DNA of 64,000 nt, from NCBI GenBank assembly GCA_010015585.1, contig ML975151.1, one strand, 5' to 3'. Both the position numbers and the translations under genes were made by a program. Shown here in pieces: positions 1-12,290 of the stretch; position 1 is the first letter of the stretch, and every line of letters starts with the position of its first letter. The DNA comes from Eremomyces bilateralis CBS 781.70. Its lineage: Eukaryota. The notes beneath the pieces are model-generated. The model saw only the letters and a list, made by a program, of their open reading frames with translations. It was not told where the DNA came from and did no database searches.

Positions 1-316
1 CCCGTCTAGATGCCGCCTCAGCCCCAAAACGCAAGAAGAAGGTTCGGATAGATCCCAATGTTAAGTTCGCACAGATTAAAGAGATCAAAGTAGCGCAAGA
101 GGCTGTACGGCTTCTGGAGGCAAATACTATACTAGAACAGAGTATTCCCGTGGCTGAAACTATACCAGACGCTCCCCAAGATGCTGTACAATAGTCCTAT
201 GGTTTGAATTTTCAATATAATTACGTGGTGGTAGAGATGTCACGGTTTTCATGATGGTGGCTAAGATGGTGATACTGGCCAAGTAGGTGGTTGGCCAACA
301 GGCAGGGGTTCGAACT
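1..316 (+). mobile_element. Right end of a Fot1/pogo-family (Tc1/mariner superfamily) DNA transposon: transposase C-terminus plus putative terminal inverted repeat
   Basis: Frame 3 from base 3 reads RLDAASAPKRKKKVRIDPNVKFAQIKEIKVAQ...Q* (stop 192-194), matching the basic KRKKVxxDPNxKFAxI tail of Fot1-type transposases. 271-316 on the minus strand reads AGTTCGAACCCCTGCCTGTTGGCCAACCACCTACTTGGCCAGTATC, with an internal TTGGCCA direct repeat. It is followed by TA at 317-318, the expected target-site dinucleotide. The left end lies outside the window. Confidence 0.72.
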
Positions 317-1121
317 TAATTCCTAATAATTACCACTTCATCTCTTCCTTTGACTTCGCTGCATGGGATGAAATTGAATGAATGATAAAGCTGAGATCTC
401 GATCGTATGAAACTCTTAGTACAGTTACGCCCTTTTTACACATTCGATTTGCCTGTGAATTCCTCTTGACGTTAACACATCGGCCCCGTTGGATTGAGGG
501 TACTCTACGGTATCAAACTTAATCATCGTATGGACCTCCAACCAGGAATGCCGGATTTTCAAATCCTACTAATGGAAAATGGATGAATATCTATCTCTTT
601 AGCAAAGGGCTGGTTAGTGTTTGCTATAGGATCCCCAGCTAGAGTCCGAGTTTGTTGTGCTCCAGATCCTCTAGGACTTCAAATAATTGCTCTACGGTTC
701 CATTCTCAGGAATATAATAACATAAGTAGGAATATGTGAGATTACAGGAATAGGAAGAACTTGGTGCCTACCACATGCATTACATACTATATCTTATTTG
801 ATTATCGACTCTCAATCATGCCCCTTTCTCACATTTCTCTTTTCTTATCTCTCAATCTTCTGCTCGGGGGCAACATTCACCTCTTCACTCAACTATGCCT
901 TTTCCACTTCTTTGTTTACTTTCATATTACCATAATAACAACATCCTTTCTGCACCCTCTGTGCATGCTCGCTTCTTTACCTCAGCTCCGCTTCCGTTTT
1001 GGCGTGCTACTCTATATACCGTTACCTTTTGGATGTTCTCTAGCATGTGAACCAACCTATATTTACACGTTCCTTCCTTCAGAATAACAAATTTTGTCTC
1101 CAAACCCCATTGAAGCTAAGA

Positions 1122-2965
1122 ATGGCGTTTAACAGACCCGGATGCAGCCTTTGCGGGTATGGTATCGTCGACGAGAAAGGTGGTAGACCAGGGTCGACTA
1201 CAGCTCGTGCGGTATGCATAAACGGAGACGAGTGGGATAATGCCCATTTATCCGGAATAGGGACTGTGGACGAGCTCAGTGGCGCCATTTTACCGAGGAA
1301 TCCTTGGGATCGAGCGAGAACTACAGATGACATAGACTTCGACTCGATCCTCTACTCAGGAATGAAACCCGAATTTATCGACAACGGTGAAGGAGGTACC
1401 AATCTAGAATCACCGAGAGTTGGCCAAAAGAGCTGGGATACTTGTTCCATGCTTGTTGCTGGACGACTCTGGAAATTATTTATTCATCCTATCACAAGTC
1501 AATGTCCGGACCTTCTTGTGGATTTTCAGTTCGTTTCCTGTTGAGCTTCGGGCTATAAATTGGGAGCATGACTATGGAAAGGCATACGCACAGGTAAATC
1601 CCACTAGGATGCCCTGGGGATGTCTCATCAAATTTCGCCTCCCACCCAGGGCCGGGTCGGGACCTTCGAGCACCGAATGGCTCACCCCTCTTTTCCTCAA
1701 TTCGACGGAGTCAGACCATAGCTCGGAGTTTCCTGTCTCAAGTAGGGGTGGTGTCAGCGAAAAGGATCCGTTTTCACGCCTCGCTTATGAGCTCAAGGAA
1801 TAAGTGGTCATGCAAATCCCCACTTCCGATGTACGAGGACTCCGATTTGCCTCGAAGGCAATGGCAGCTGTACCACGTTCCGGGCGCTCTGGAAGTCTCG
1901 ATTTGCTCATGGCCATGAATTTGATTTTCTCATTGACCTGAGCATGCTTCGTTCGGAAACCCAACCTCCAGAGCGGTTCATCCAGATTGGAGGTTTATCT
2001 ACACGAATATGAAGGCTATAGGCGGACGTCAAACCCCGGCATAGTTTGTTAGCCTTCGGCAATGGGACATGTGGATTATTCGACCTCTAGCACATGTTAT
2101 CGTTCAATTGGCCGGCCTTAAACCACAAGGACAACCGCCGCGAACATATTGGGGACTGACCGTTAAAGATGTCGAGAATGTCGTAGAGCAAGTCGGCGCC
2201 TTAATTGAAGGGCAAGCGGCCTTCTTTAGGAGGCGAATCTTCCTCAGACCGAGTCATATTGCCTGAGTCAATGCCTTCGTCCTGCCACACCACAACACGA
2301 GATTCATTACCTGCCTAAGGTTCTACTATACAGACGACGAGTCGGTCGATCTGGGCTACATCATCCCCAGAAGTCAGGTATCGTTCAACCTCAACCCGTG
2401 TGGGACAAGCCAGAAGAACACACTCCGTGGCTTTACCGTTGCGAAGGGCGCTCAAGGAAATTTGTGCTCAAACCAATCCTTCGAAACCTTCACACTATTT
2501 CACACTGGGCTGGAAATCCGACTGGCTTGGAGCAACAGTGGTTGGAGTGGGACGAAACGAATCAGCTACCGCTATCGGCTCAATTCTATGTAACCTGGGT
2601 GATACCTACATCACAGCATAGACTATCGGTGTATTTAGGGGCTACGAATGATCTCTTTGGCCATTCCTTCCGAGCTGGCGATTTCTTGAGCTGATCTCTG
2701 ATCGGCCACATGGACAATGTTACTACCACTACCCCTTTCGCAGGGGAGTTAAAACGTAGAGAACTTGATGGAACTTGATGTGGTCTCAACATCTTGCCTA
2801 GAAGGCAACACGGGACAAAAATCAATTTCTTTGGGAAGAATACAGAACAGCGGTGTTACGTGGCTACGTGCTGTACTGCTAGGGCTTCGAACATCTCCTA
2901 CATGGAATGGTGGTCGAGACTCATCCGCGCCCGTGGAAGTCCTCTACTTGCGATGGGATTCCTAA
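1122..2965 (+). pseudogene. Disrupted fungal F-box domain protein gene
   Basis: Family motifs are scattered over three frames: CSLCGYGI...HLSGIG (from ATG 1122), GYLFHACCW (1436), INWEHDYG, an F-box-like DPFSRLAYELKE*VVMQIPTSDVRGLRFASKAMA with in-frame TAA at 1801-1803, then LWKSRFAHGHEFDFL and DWRFIY in another frame. The 3' end is approximate. Confidence 0.7.
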
Positions 2966-4848
2966 CTGCAGTTCGCAGTATATCATGTTTGATGGTTAGA
3001 CGCGCTTGGCCGGGAAATAGTTCAACGATATTGAACGTGAGCAATACAAAATGAACTAGGGACCGTCCCTAAGACCCCCCGTTAAGGCGTTTCCGGGCCA
3101 TGAAAAGACCAAATTGACTCATAGGATGTATCTCCGGATTTAGCATGTTCGCCTGAGCGACTCCTCAAAAGTGTATGCTGCAAAGCCAACTGACCGACCA
3201 GTCAACCCTCCACGCAGGTCCCCAGACGACATGTCAGACGTTGGGTGAGCGCCACCAATTAATGACCGGAATCGATGACTAGACCGAACCAAGCGTGCAG
3301 TAAGCCTATACAATTGCAAGGACGATCGGTTCCCCAGATATCAAAGGCGACGTTTCCGGTGAGACAAACTGCCCCCCAGGCATAGATGTCGGCGCTCTCC
3401 GCTTCAAACGAATGGCAGGGCAGCGAATGACGTTCTTGCAACAGCGTGGGAGGGACACGACCTTGTCTTCTTGCTCAACCGAGGGGAGAACACACCCGCA
3501 AGCCGGATGCATCGTAGACGATCGAATACATATAGGAATTATGAATTTCAGACCCTGGCCTACCCAAAGCCTTGTGCAACGCTGCCCGGGGATGCGGATC
3601 CGCCTTTGAAAATGTAGCAATATTTTAACATCACACCTTGAGGAAACCGAAATGCTCCCCAGAGCTTGTCGCACTGCATTTGGGCGCAACGTGGTATGAT
3701 TAGAGGCTTTGTTGGCCGCCTGCTGGGGCACGAGAAAAGCTGAATGAAGCCCATTCGCAGGCCACTACATACTGAACGGGTTTACTGGGAGGTTGACGCG
3801 TCAACGGAATTGGGACTCCGCGTTGGATCGACTTGTGTACAGGTCGGACGTTATAGGATAGGTCGGACCAAGGGACTTGGAAGAAGGAATATCCATCGAA
3901 CATCCTCGGATCTCAGAAGGTTGGTGATGAGGTGCAGCTGACGGCATGTTAAAAAGCGATTCCACATGGCCGAAGAACGGGAGGCTGACTGGCCACCACC
4001 TGCCTGCCTGGAGATGGATGAATTCACAGCATGGAAGACCGCGTGGGTTGATCAAGTATGCCTTGTCCTAATGGATGTGTTTCCAATGACAAACCGACCA
4101 TCCGGGCTTCGGATCCATCCTCTACACGTGGGCGTTGAAGCAATTTCGGTTCATGAATCTCGTTTCCGAATATGACCGCCCTGAACTTGAATAGCGCCCA
4201 GGGCGGGTTCCAGAAGACTATTCGCAAGGAGAGTGGGGGTTCTTAGGGTTTTATCGGTTTAACCACTTTGCATAGCCTCCCGGTGAGCGGCCTACCTGCC
4301 ACTCCGGCATCTGAAGTCGATCTACAACACGAGGATCCCGCTACGATGTGCTAAAGCCTAAAGGAAACGGCCAAAGTCCCGACGGCTGGCTTATCAGAGG
4401 GGACAAGTGGATGGATTGGAAATCTTGAATGTGGTTTACCTATTCAAACGACGAATGAGGCCGCGGCCTGTAGGAAGGCATCGAGAATGGATGTGCTGCC
4501 TTTCTTGCCCGGCGCCCTGAACGATCCTCAGCCTTGTAGGATGGTGACGCGAGCTCGAGGTATATCATCCTCTGTGCTGCCATCCATTTTCGGTCCGGGT
4601 TTGTTCTAAGGTTTACTTCTCTCATATACTCAAGGTGTCTTCATATTACTTTTCGCTCAGCCTACGCTATTCATTTCATCATATTACTTCAAGCTTTATC
4701 TGTCCTACATTCCTCTTTCAGATCAGCCTAGTACTCACTTCGGTGGTATCCCCGTTCCCGCTCCACCTCTTCTTGTCTTCCGTAGAGTGTTTTGAAAGCC
4801 TCTTGTCAAGTACGTGGTTAGCTTTGGAGCATTGTGGTAGTCGTTGAC

Positions 4849-7124
4849 ATGTTAAGCTCCGAGCCTCGAATGGACTACTATGGCGTTTGGCTAGACGAAA
4901 CCATAAGCCCTTTTGGGCCGAGTCCTTCCTTAACCGCAATATCCGATGGTGGTACAGGACTGAACGATGGAGACATGCCTCTTGAGGCCCTGTTCGAGTA
5001 CAGCCTCGATCCCAACGACGGGGGAAACTTCACAGGCGATGGCCCACTCATGTATCGCAATGAGACCCCTCCCGAATCCATTGCCGGGTCCTTTTTCTCG
5101 CAGGATCTGGAGTTTCCCCGTCTTGACACGGCGGCCCATTCGAAACCGATTGACATCCCCATGTCAGCACCTAACGGGCAGATCATGGTGCCCAAACACT
5201 GGGGGTCGGCAAAGGTGGACGCGGAGCTTCAGAAGTTCCCGACTTGGGATCCGGAATATCAACCAGGGGAAAACTTCTTCGACCAGGAGACGGAACTAGA
5301 CAACTTGTCGGTAGTAGAACGACCGGCTACCGATTCTGTGAATGTACAATTTCAGTACGCACAAGAGCAGTTCGACATTCCACAATCGGCCCATCTTTCG
5401 GGCAACTTCAGTTTGTTGACGAGCTTGTTCCAGCACGGCCAGCCGATTCCGATAGCACCGCCCAAGGCGGCTCCGGCACCGCCCGTCTTGAACACACTAC
5501 CCAAGCCTGTCAACTTGCTCGCTCGGAAGGGCAGTGAGAAGGGAAAGTACGCCGAGAAATCAAGGGTGACCAAACAGAGGTCCCGAGCAAGCAGCTTCAA
5601 CGGTTCCAACGGCAACAATGTTACAAGCAACAACTTCATGTTGTATGGGCATATGGAAGGCAGTGAGCACCTCCGGTTTATTGAGGGCTCCAATATGAAG
5701 AAACCCAAGGGCCGAAAGAATGCGTTGACCCCCGATCAGCGCCGTGATGCTGCCCTGGTACGTGAAATGGGAGCCTGCCAGTCATGCAAAGACAGAAAAT
5801 GCAAGGTAGGCTGAACTAGAAGCTCTCCCTTTGCTTCTCGTACTGACAGACGGCTCCAAGTGCGACCAAACCGTTCCTTGTCAAGCCTGCATACGCCATT
5901 ACAAGACGCAGCTGATCTATAAACCATGCCGTGGGTTTATGTTGAACAGCCTTGTGGCCACCTTGATCTGCGCCGAGACATTCCCAACAAGTCGGTCGTT
6001 GGATCGATTCCTTGGGAAAGACCAATACTGGGTCTGCAAAGAACAACAGCGTATGCGGTTCAGTTTCGGGTTCGGTGAATCCTTCACACGCAACGTCAGA
6101 ATCGTGGTACCACGCAATCGGAGCCAGCTCAACCATGAGCACGTGGTCTATCCATGGCCGCCGAAGAAGGATGGCACGGCGACGAAGACGCACGTCAATC
6201 ACAAGGTCCTTCCAGTCGTCCTCGCGAGGACGGATGACCTTTTTGAAATGCTCGATCGGTACTTGGAGAGGCTCGTGGAGGACCCGGAGAACTTCCGGAG
6301 CTTCCCCGTGTATGCCTCGCAACTCGGCGTCCTTCGGCAGATTTATATGTTCAAGCGACGGTCCCAGAGGGTAAGTGGAGCAGTAAGTATTCCATTGCAG
6401 CAGGGACTGACAAGCGAATAAGCCCGAAGCCGATATGCTCAAGCAAGCCCTCAAGGCGCTCGTCCTGGTCCACACTGCTGGCAACATCAAAGTGGATGTT
6501 GAAGACCCAGGGGTCAAGCCGATCATGGCGATGCATAGGGTCACAGATACCACACGTGTCATGCCATGCTTTGTCCGGGGTCAGCTCGGCGTGGTCATGC
6601 CTCAGCTTGCAAAGCGCTTGATGGATACCACGCTCAAGAAAATGGAGCCGCATCTCTACAGCCGGGACTGCGAGGAATGGCCCCTTGTTCTTGCAACGTT
6701 CATGGTGCTTCTGATGACAATCGAGAGCATTCAGTACCATGCGGCTAAGGAAGCGTACCACGCGCTCTTTGATCGCATTTCCGCCGATCCCGGGGCCCCA
6801 GCCTTCAGTGCGCATACTGGACCGCACAGCAGCAAGATCGATGACAAAACCGCGGTCTGCCTTTTGGAGCAATACAGCAAATGCTTCCAAAAGTGCCACA
6901 AGAAGCTGACCATGACCGCACCGAAGACCCTGGCTTCTCCGTCTTCAGTCGGATCCAGAGCTGACCAAGAAGCATGTGATCGGTTCATTGACGACCTGCG
7001 AAGCACGATTGAGCGGTGCAACCCGTACCTAGAGCAACGCTGTGAGTTGAAGGTGGACAGGGCCGACAATATGTCCTTTTTCTTTGATCGTTTGGTGGCG
7101 AAGCTGTTGCTTCTCAAGTTCTAA
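4849..7124 (+). CDS. Zn2Cys6-type fungal transcription factor (atypical internal cluster), 3 exons
   Basis: Exons about 4849-5805, 5861-6370 (or 6382) and 6423-7124. Splicing joins GACQSCKDRKCK|CDQTVPCQACIRHYKTQLIYKPC, preceded by basic KKPKGRKNALTPDQRRDAALVRE. Introns have GTAGGC/GTAAGT donors and CTGAC branch sites. Confidence 0.85.
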
Positions 7125-7468
7125 AGGCTGAAGACTCTGAGCGGGCTGGGCGGTTGTATTTTGGACTTTTCCTGGCGCCGGCAGCTCCTTTGTTTCTACG
7201 GAATGTATAACACGGGCTTTTTCTCGAGGTAGTTGTGGGTTTGCTATAAGTCATTGTGTATTATCAGGTAGTGTTTGAGTATGGGGTATTTGCGTTGACA
7301 GTCTGATGGCCTCGACGAATTGCGGTTTTAAGCACGGCGTTGGGGAATAATTTCGGTCGTGCTTAGTTTCTTTGGCTGTACATATTAGCTTGAGCTGCCA
7401 TATATCAATATCCAATTATCGGTTCCGTCTTCTTGCTGGGCGACTTTGCTCATAAAAAGACATGCAGC

Positions 7469-8188
7469 TTATGACGAGTCACCCAAGAGCGTATCGACTC
7501 TTTCCTGGAATGCGTCGATCATGACACTTGCAACTTTTGGTATTACCGGCAGCGACATTGCCGTGTACAGAGGGTTGTTGAACGCGAACTCAATGCTCAA
7601 TGTCACCAGCGTCCGATCCATCCCTCTTTGTGATGACCTGACAATGCCTTCTTTCAACCCTTGAGTGACTTCCGACCGATTCTGCAGAGCCTCCACTGTC
7701 CACCTGGTTGATAATAGCCGGAATATCGAGTTCCCATTCGTCTCATCTGCATCGTGCCCATCCTTAAGATGATGCGCAATCTCCTCCGGTTTTAGTCTGC
7801 TCTGTGACATTCCGGCCACCGCCTCGACAACCGATCCCGGAGCACAATATACCCGGCTGGTGAAGCTCTCTTCCACCGCACCCCATCCTACCACGAGAGT
7901 CGCTTCGGACGGCCACTGCTTTCCAGAGATCGCGTCGGGGGCAGACAAGCGCGTCACGACGGAGGATTTGCAGTAAGGCACGAACTTAGAGTAGCGAGAG
8001 ACATCGGCTACTATGTTATAGATATCGTTCGGAGGATAAGGCAGTGTACGGGACTCATGGACGCGTTGAGGCGGTGGAGCGAAGGCGGAGTTGAGGAATG
8101 TTCGGTGACAAGGCGGTTTGGTGAGGAAAGCCGCCAATTGTAAGGACGGACGGGAAAGAGGGATCGGAAAGGATCGACATGATGGCAT
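7469..8188 (-). CDS. COQ10: Coenzyme Q-binding protein COQ10 (START/polyketide cyclase fold), mitochondrial
   Basis: ESRTLPYPPNDIYNIVADVSRYSKFVPYC, ESFTSRVYC and IEFAFNNPLY motifs; N-terminus resembles a mitochondrial presequence; intronless 239 aa ORF. Confidence 0.9.
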   Translation of the reverse strand: MPSCRSFPIPLSRPSLQLAAFLTKPPCHRTFLNSAFAPPPQRVHESRTLPYPPNDIYNIVADVSRYSKFVPYCKSSVVTRLSAPDAISGKQWPSEATLVVGWGAVEESFTSRVYCAPGSVVEAVAGMSQSRLKPEEIAHHLKDGHDADETNGNSIFRLLSTRWTVEALQNRSEVTQGLKEGIVRSSQRGMDRTLVTLSIEFAFNNPLYTAMSLPVIPKVASVMIDAFQERVDTLLGDSS

Positions 8189-8462
8189 TGCTCTCTAGCC
8201 ACCCCCTATGGGCGTGAAACCCTTCGAAAGGATACGAAGAAAGAATATTGGTCCTGGCAGCAATTATTGTCAACTGGATAAAGTCCAGAACGAACCAGAC
8301 AACTTGATATTCCTTCTCACCCTTGCAAGTTGCAACCCTAGGACCCACATATTGATAAATTTCTTATCGATAAGCCGACAGTTTTGGATTTCCACTTCTT
8401 CAAGATTTCACGATCGTCCCATAACCCGTTGTTCATAACACCCTGCTTACAGATATTACGAG

Positions 8463-9803
8463 ATGGACGAGATTAGAGAGGGCGAAATGGCTGAAGCCCA
8501 ATCGGCTACGCAGAAACGCCAGCAGCTTTCCAAGGGCATGGAACACCTCCGCAGCGTTGTCACCGTCGACGACCTCGCCGAGTCAGCCCCAAACACCGTT
8601 GCCGAGACCGATAAAGCATCGACAGCTTTTGAACCGGTCCGGGTACTGCCTCATCGCTCTCACGACCCCGGAAACAATCTCAAGCGCAGCGATCCCTTCC
8701 AATTCGGGTCACGATACCTCGAGCAAGGGGACAACATCTTCGAGTTTAATGCCTGGGACCACGTAGAGACGGACGATGCGTATAAAGAGTTTATGGAATC
8801 ACAATATGCGAAGCAGCGGGAGTCGCCTGTTTCAGAGGCGGATAAAAGTACTTGATACCGCGACAGCGATGTCGATGGAGGTATACCTCCACATCGTGTA
8901 TGATTCCAGACTGACATGATGGTAGTCAAGTACAATTCCGCGCCGGAGACGTGGTGGGATAAGTTCTACGCTGTAAACACGTCCAATTTCTTCAAGAACC
9001 GAAACTGGTTGTTCCAGGAGTTTCCGGTGCTTAAGGAAGTTACTCAACCGACTGCGGGTGAGAAGGTGCTGCTCGAAGTGGGAGCAGGAGCAGGAAATAC
9101 GGCCTATCCGATATTGGCAAATAACGAAAATCCGACCCTGAGAATCCACGCGTGCGATTTCTCCAAGAAAGCTGTGGAAGTGATTCGAAGCAACGAGGCG
9201 TACGATGGCAAGATGGTTCGAGCCGACGTCTGGGACGTTGCCGGTACTGGCGACGCGTCCTTACCGCCTGGCATTGAAGCGGGGACCGTGGATGTAATTC
9301 TAATGATTTTCATCTTCAGCGCGTTGTCTCCAGACCAGTGGGCGCAGGCGGTTCGAAATATATGGACGTTGCTGAAGCCTGGCGGCGAGGTCTTCTTCCG
9401 GGATTATGGCCGTGGGGACCTAGCCCAGGTGAGGTTCAGGAAGGGGCGGTATATGGGGGAGAATTTCTACGTGAGAGGAGACGGGACGAGGGTCTATTTC
9501 ATGGCTAAGGAGGAGCTGGAGAGTATCTGGAGCGGTGATGAAGAGTTTTGGAGTCAGAACAGGCAAAACTGGAGGAAAAGTCAGGCATGTCAAGAGGATG
9601 ACGGTGAAAAGGACATTAGCACAGAGCACGGGGAAGAAGCAAAAGAGAGGTCGGAGAAGAAAGATCAGGAGACAATGGAGGCAATGCCTAAATTTGATGT
9701 GCTTGAGGTCGGTGTCGACAATCGGATGCTGGTCAATCGGCAGCGAAAGCTCAAAATGTTCCGCTGTTGGCTTCAAGCACGCTTTCGCAAACCGAAAGAA
9801 TGA
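8463..9803 (+). CDS. ABP140: tRNA m3C32 methyltransferase (Trm140/Abp140, METTL2/6 family), 2 exons
   Basis: FGSRYL...FNAWDHVE, WDKFY...NFFKNRNWLFQEFP, SAM motif LLEVGAGAGNT and FRDYGRGDLAQVRF; intron 8848-8925. Confidence 0.92.
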
Positions 9804-9980
9804 TGACACCTATTTTCTCGGATTTGGGCAACCGCTCATGGCTCAATCAACCTTATGTCTACAATTGTCCATATTGCGGTGACAATATGGCCTGACATAC
9901 TCTCCGTTTATTGCATTGCTGCATCATCATGCCTCATCAAAGATCGGGAAATGGCCACGGAACAAGAGCAACTTTGCCAT

Positions 9981-11687
9981 TCATTCTCTACTGGCGTTAA
10001 ACTGGATAGTCTCGGCTTCGAGAGTATCCGAATCGATCAGCACGATTGTCCCAGTCTCGGAGAACTTGGGAACCGCGATCAAGCGCACGGACTGGCCAGC
10101 CTCCCCTTCGATCACTGTCGTATCGAACTCCGGTTGGTTACCGACGAAGAAGACGTGTGGGCAGTCGTTGATGATAAATGGATCGTCGTCTTGGAATGGA
10201 AAAGACCCTGCGAGAGGTTAGAGCTGGAAGGGCAATTGAAACCACCCAGAAAACTTACATAACGTATCAGGCGCAGTCGGGACATTCACACGCCACCGCA
10301 AGATGTGTTCCATCATCTGGACCCGGTCTTCAGTGCTGACATACTTGTATATGTCGTCGATTGGTTGCCCGCCATTGCCGAGGAATCGCCAACCGTCAAT
10401 GTCTCCTTCCCAGGGGTTGGTGACAGCATCTAGCCAACCGGCTTGAGGGTCCTTGTCGATCGGGAGCTTCGAATATGCGCGGCCTTTCGGATATAGCGCA
10501 GGATGAAGTGGCTGCTGTGGGAGGGATACATTCACCGGATCACTGGCTCCAGGAAGGACGGTGATGGGTAGTGAAGGCAACAAGGTGGAAAGGAAGGAGT
10601 CGAGGTTCTCGGTAGGGGCGGCATTGTACGCAGTTGCATCATAGCCGTACGTTTTTGACGTCGTTTTTCGGATTGCTACTTGTTCTCGTGAGGGTATTGT
10701 CGAGGAATTCGCTAGAGTATCGCCAGCAATAATGAGCCGCGAGATTTTCGTTGCCTCCGTCTGCTCTTCGTCGCCTAGCGACTCGCCGAGGAGATATTCT
10801 GTCAGGAGATCGAGCCGCAATTGGGAAAGAGAATCGTCCCCGATCCCTAGTCCGCTCACCACGGCAATCTTTCCACAATTTGGTCTATTTTTCTTGATTT
10901 TGCCTTCGTCAATATCGTCACGCTCCCATCGTTGCGGCTGGCGGGGAAGGTCGGCAATCCTCGTGTCAAGGACTTCGAATTCGCCATCTGCATTCTCAGT
11001 ACCAAGCGCTGCAACGATGCATCCTGTGACTAGCAGCTCTGATTGTAGCCAAGATCCGGTGAGACGCAGCCGGCCGGACTCGTCTTCCACCATGACCCTT
11101 GTTCCATCGTCGTCTTTGATATACTTGTGTCGCAATGGTGGCGCTGCAATCCAGTGCTATGAATAGTCAGACCAGAACTGATTAGCTTCCCACAACGTAC
11201 TGGTCCTTACCTCTTTTGATATATCATCAAGAACATTGGGTTTCAGTGGCATTTCCATATAGATCGTGCCAGTTACCCAACACAGCTCACCTTGACGGAC
11301 ATCTAGGACTCGCTCAACTCCACGTGCACGTATCCCTCCGACCTATGTATCCATTAGCCCTATGTTCTCTCGGCGAGAAATATCGCAATGAGAGGAACAC
11401 AATAAGACCAACCTCGAAGTCATGCCATGATTCGGTAGCGATCTTATCGACGACTGGCTTCAATTTCGCTAACCGCAGGAAGTACAGATCCGCATACTGT
11501 TGTTGATAGTGTTTTTGTTCGCCTCTTGGTAGATCGAAGGTATGGAGGGGGTTGTAGAAGGATTTCTGGCGGGTTCGCTCTGGTGGTGTGGTTGATCTGC
11601 GCCCAGTTAGTATCTGATAGTATCTGATTGCAATGCATAAAGAAATGCTAGGACCTACGAAGGAGCCTGTAATAGAGGATTGGCCAT
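9981..11687 (-). CDS. POL31: DNA polymerase delta small subunit (Pol31/Cdc1/POLD2), 5 exons
   Basis: Exons about 11687-11659, 11596-11413, 11342-11211, 11156-10259 and 10207-9981 give YQQQYADLYFLRL, LKPNVLDDI, EDESGRLRL, LPQQPLHP, PTAPDTLWSFPFQDDDPFII and CPHVFFVGNQ. Confidence 0.93.
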
Positions 11688-11808
11688 TGTGTTTAAACTC
11701 ACTGAAGGTTATAAAACATTTGGGGTTGAAATCTTATATTCCCGTGTATCTGTAGCCTGAACGTGATAACGTGATATGTAAAGCGTAGCGAAGGTGTTGA
11801 ACTTTTGA

Positions 11809-11848
11809 GTCGCGATACTCTAACTCTCGCAGTCGCGCCTTGACGCGT
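11809..11848. promoter_or_regulatory. MCB-like (ACGCGT/CGCG) cell-cycle elements upstream of POL31
   Basis: ACGCGT at 11843-11848 plus two more CGCG cores (GTCGCGA, GTCGCGC) within about 40 bp, 120-160 bp upstream of the POL31 ATG. MBF control of replication genes is established in yeasts. Confidence 0.45.
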
Positions 11849-12290
11849 TCCTGCCCATTGGCGATTCATGTGGTCAGCATACCAGGGCTGTCATTGGCCC
11901 CTTCTACTGGGAATTCCCCCCTAATTCAGCGGCTCTTACTCGTGGGTTCCCAGTCAAACGCTAGAGAGCGCCACATGTCGGAGCCACACCTGGCCAGCCA
12001 GGGTCTACGTGTACTGTGGACTGCCCAGAACGACTTGACGTCATCAGTGGATTTAATTTGTATTCGCAGAGTGACACAGACCCAGAATGCCATCACGGTG
12101 CAAATAACGATCCCAACTTCCAAGGAAAGATCCGATGGAACTTGGAAGACATCAGGATAAATTCGTAAGGAAGCATCTTTGATCTTACACGTACACCGGA
12201 GTCCGGAATGGATTAAGTCGAACTACTGTCCTTGCCTTTTTCACGATAGCTCTCGTGTGCGTATTTGTTTGAAGAATTTCCATATCCGCA

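Noticed and set aside
8463..9803. Programmed +1 frameshift as in S. cerevisiae ABP140
   Set aside because: The two ORFs are joined by an ordinary intron (8848-8925), so no frameshift is needed.
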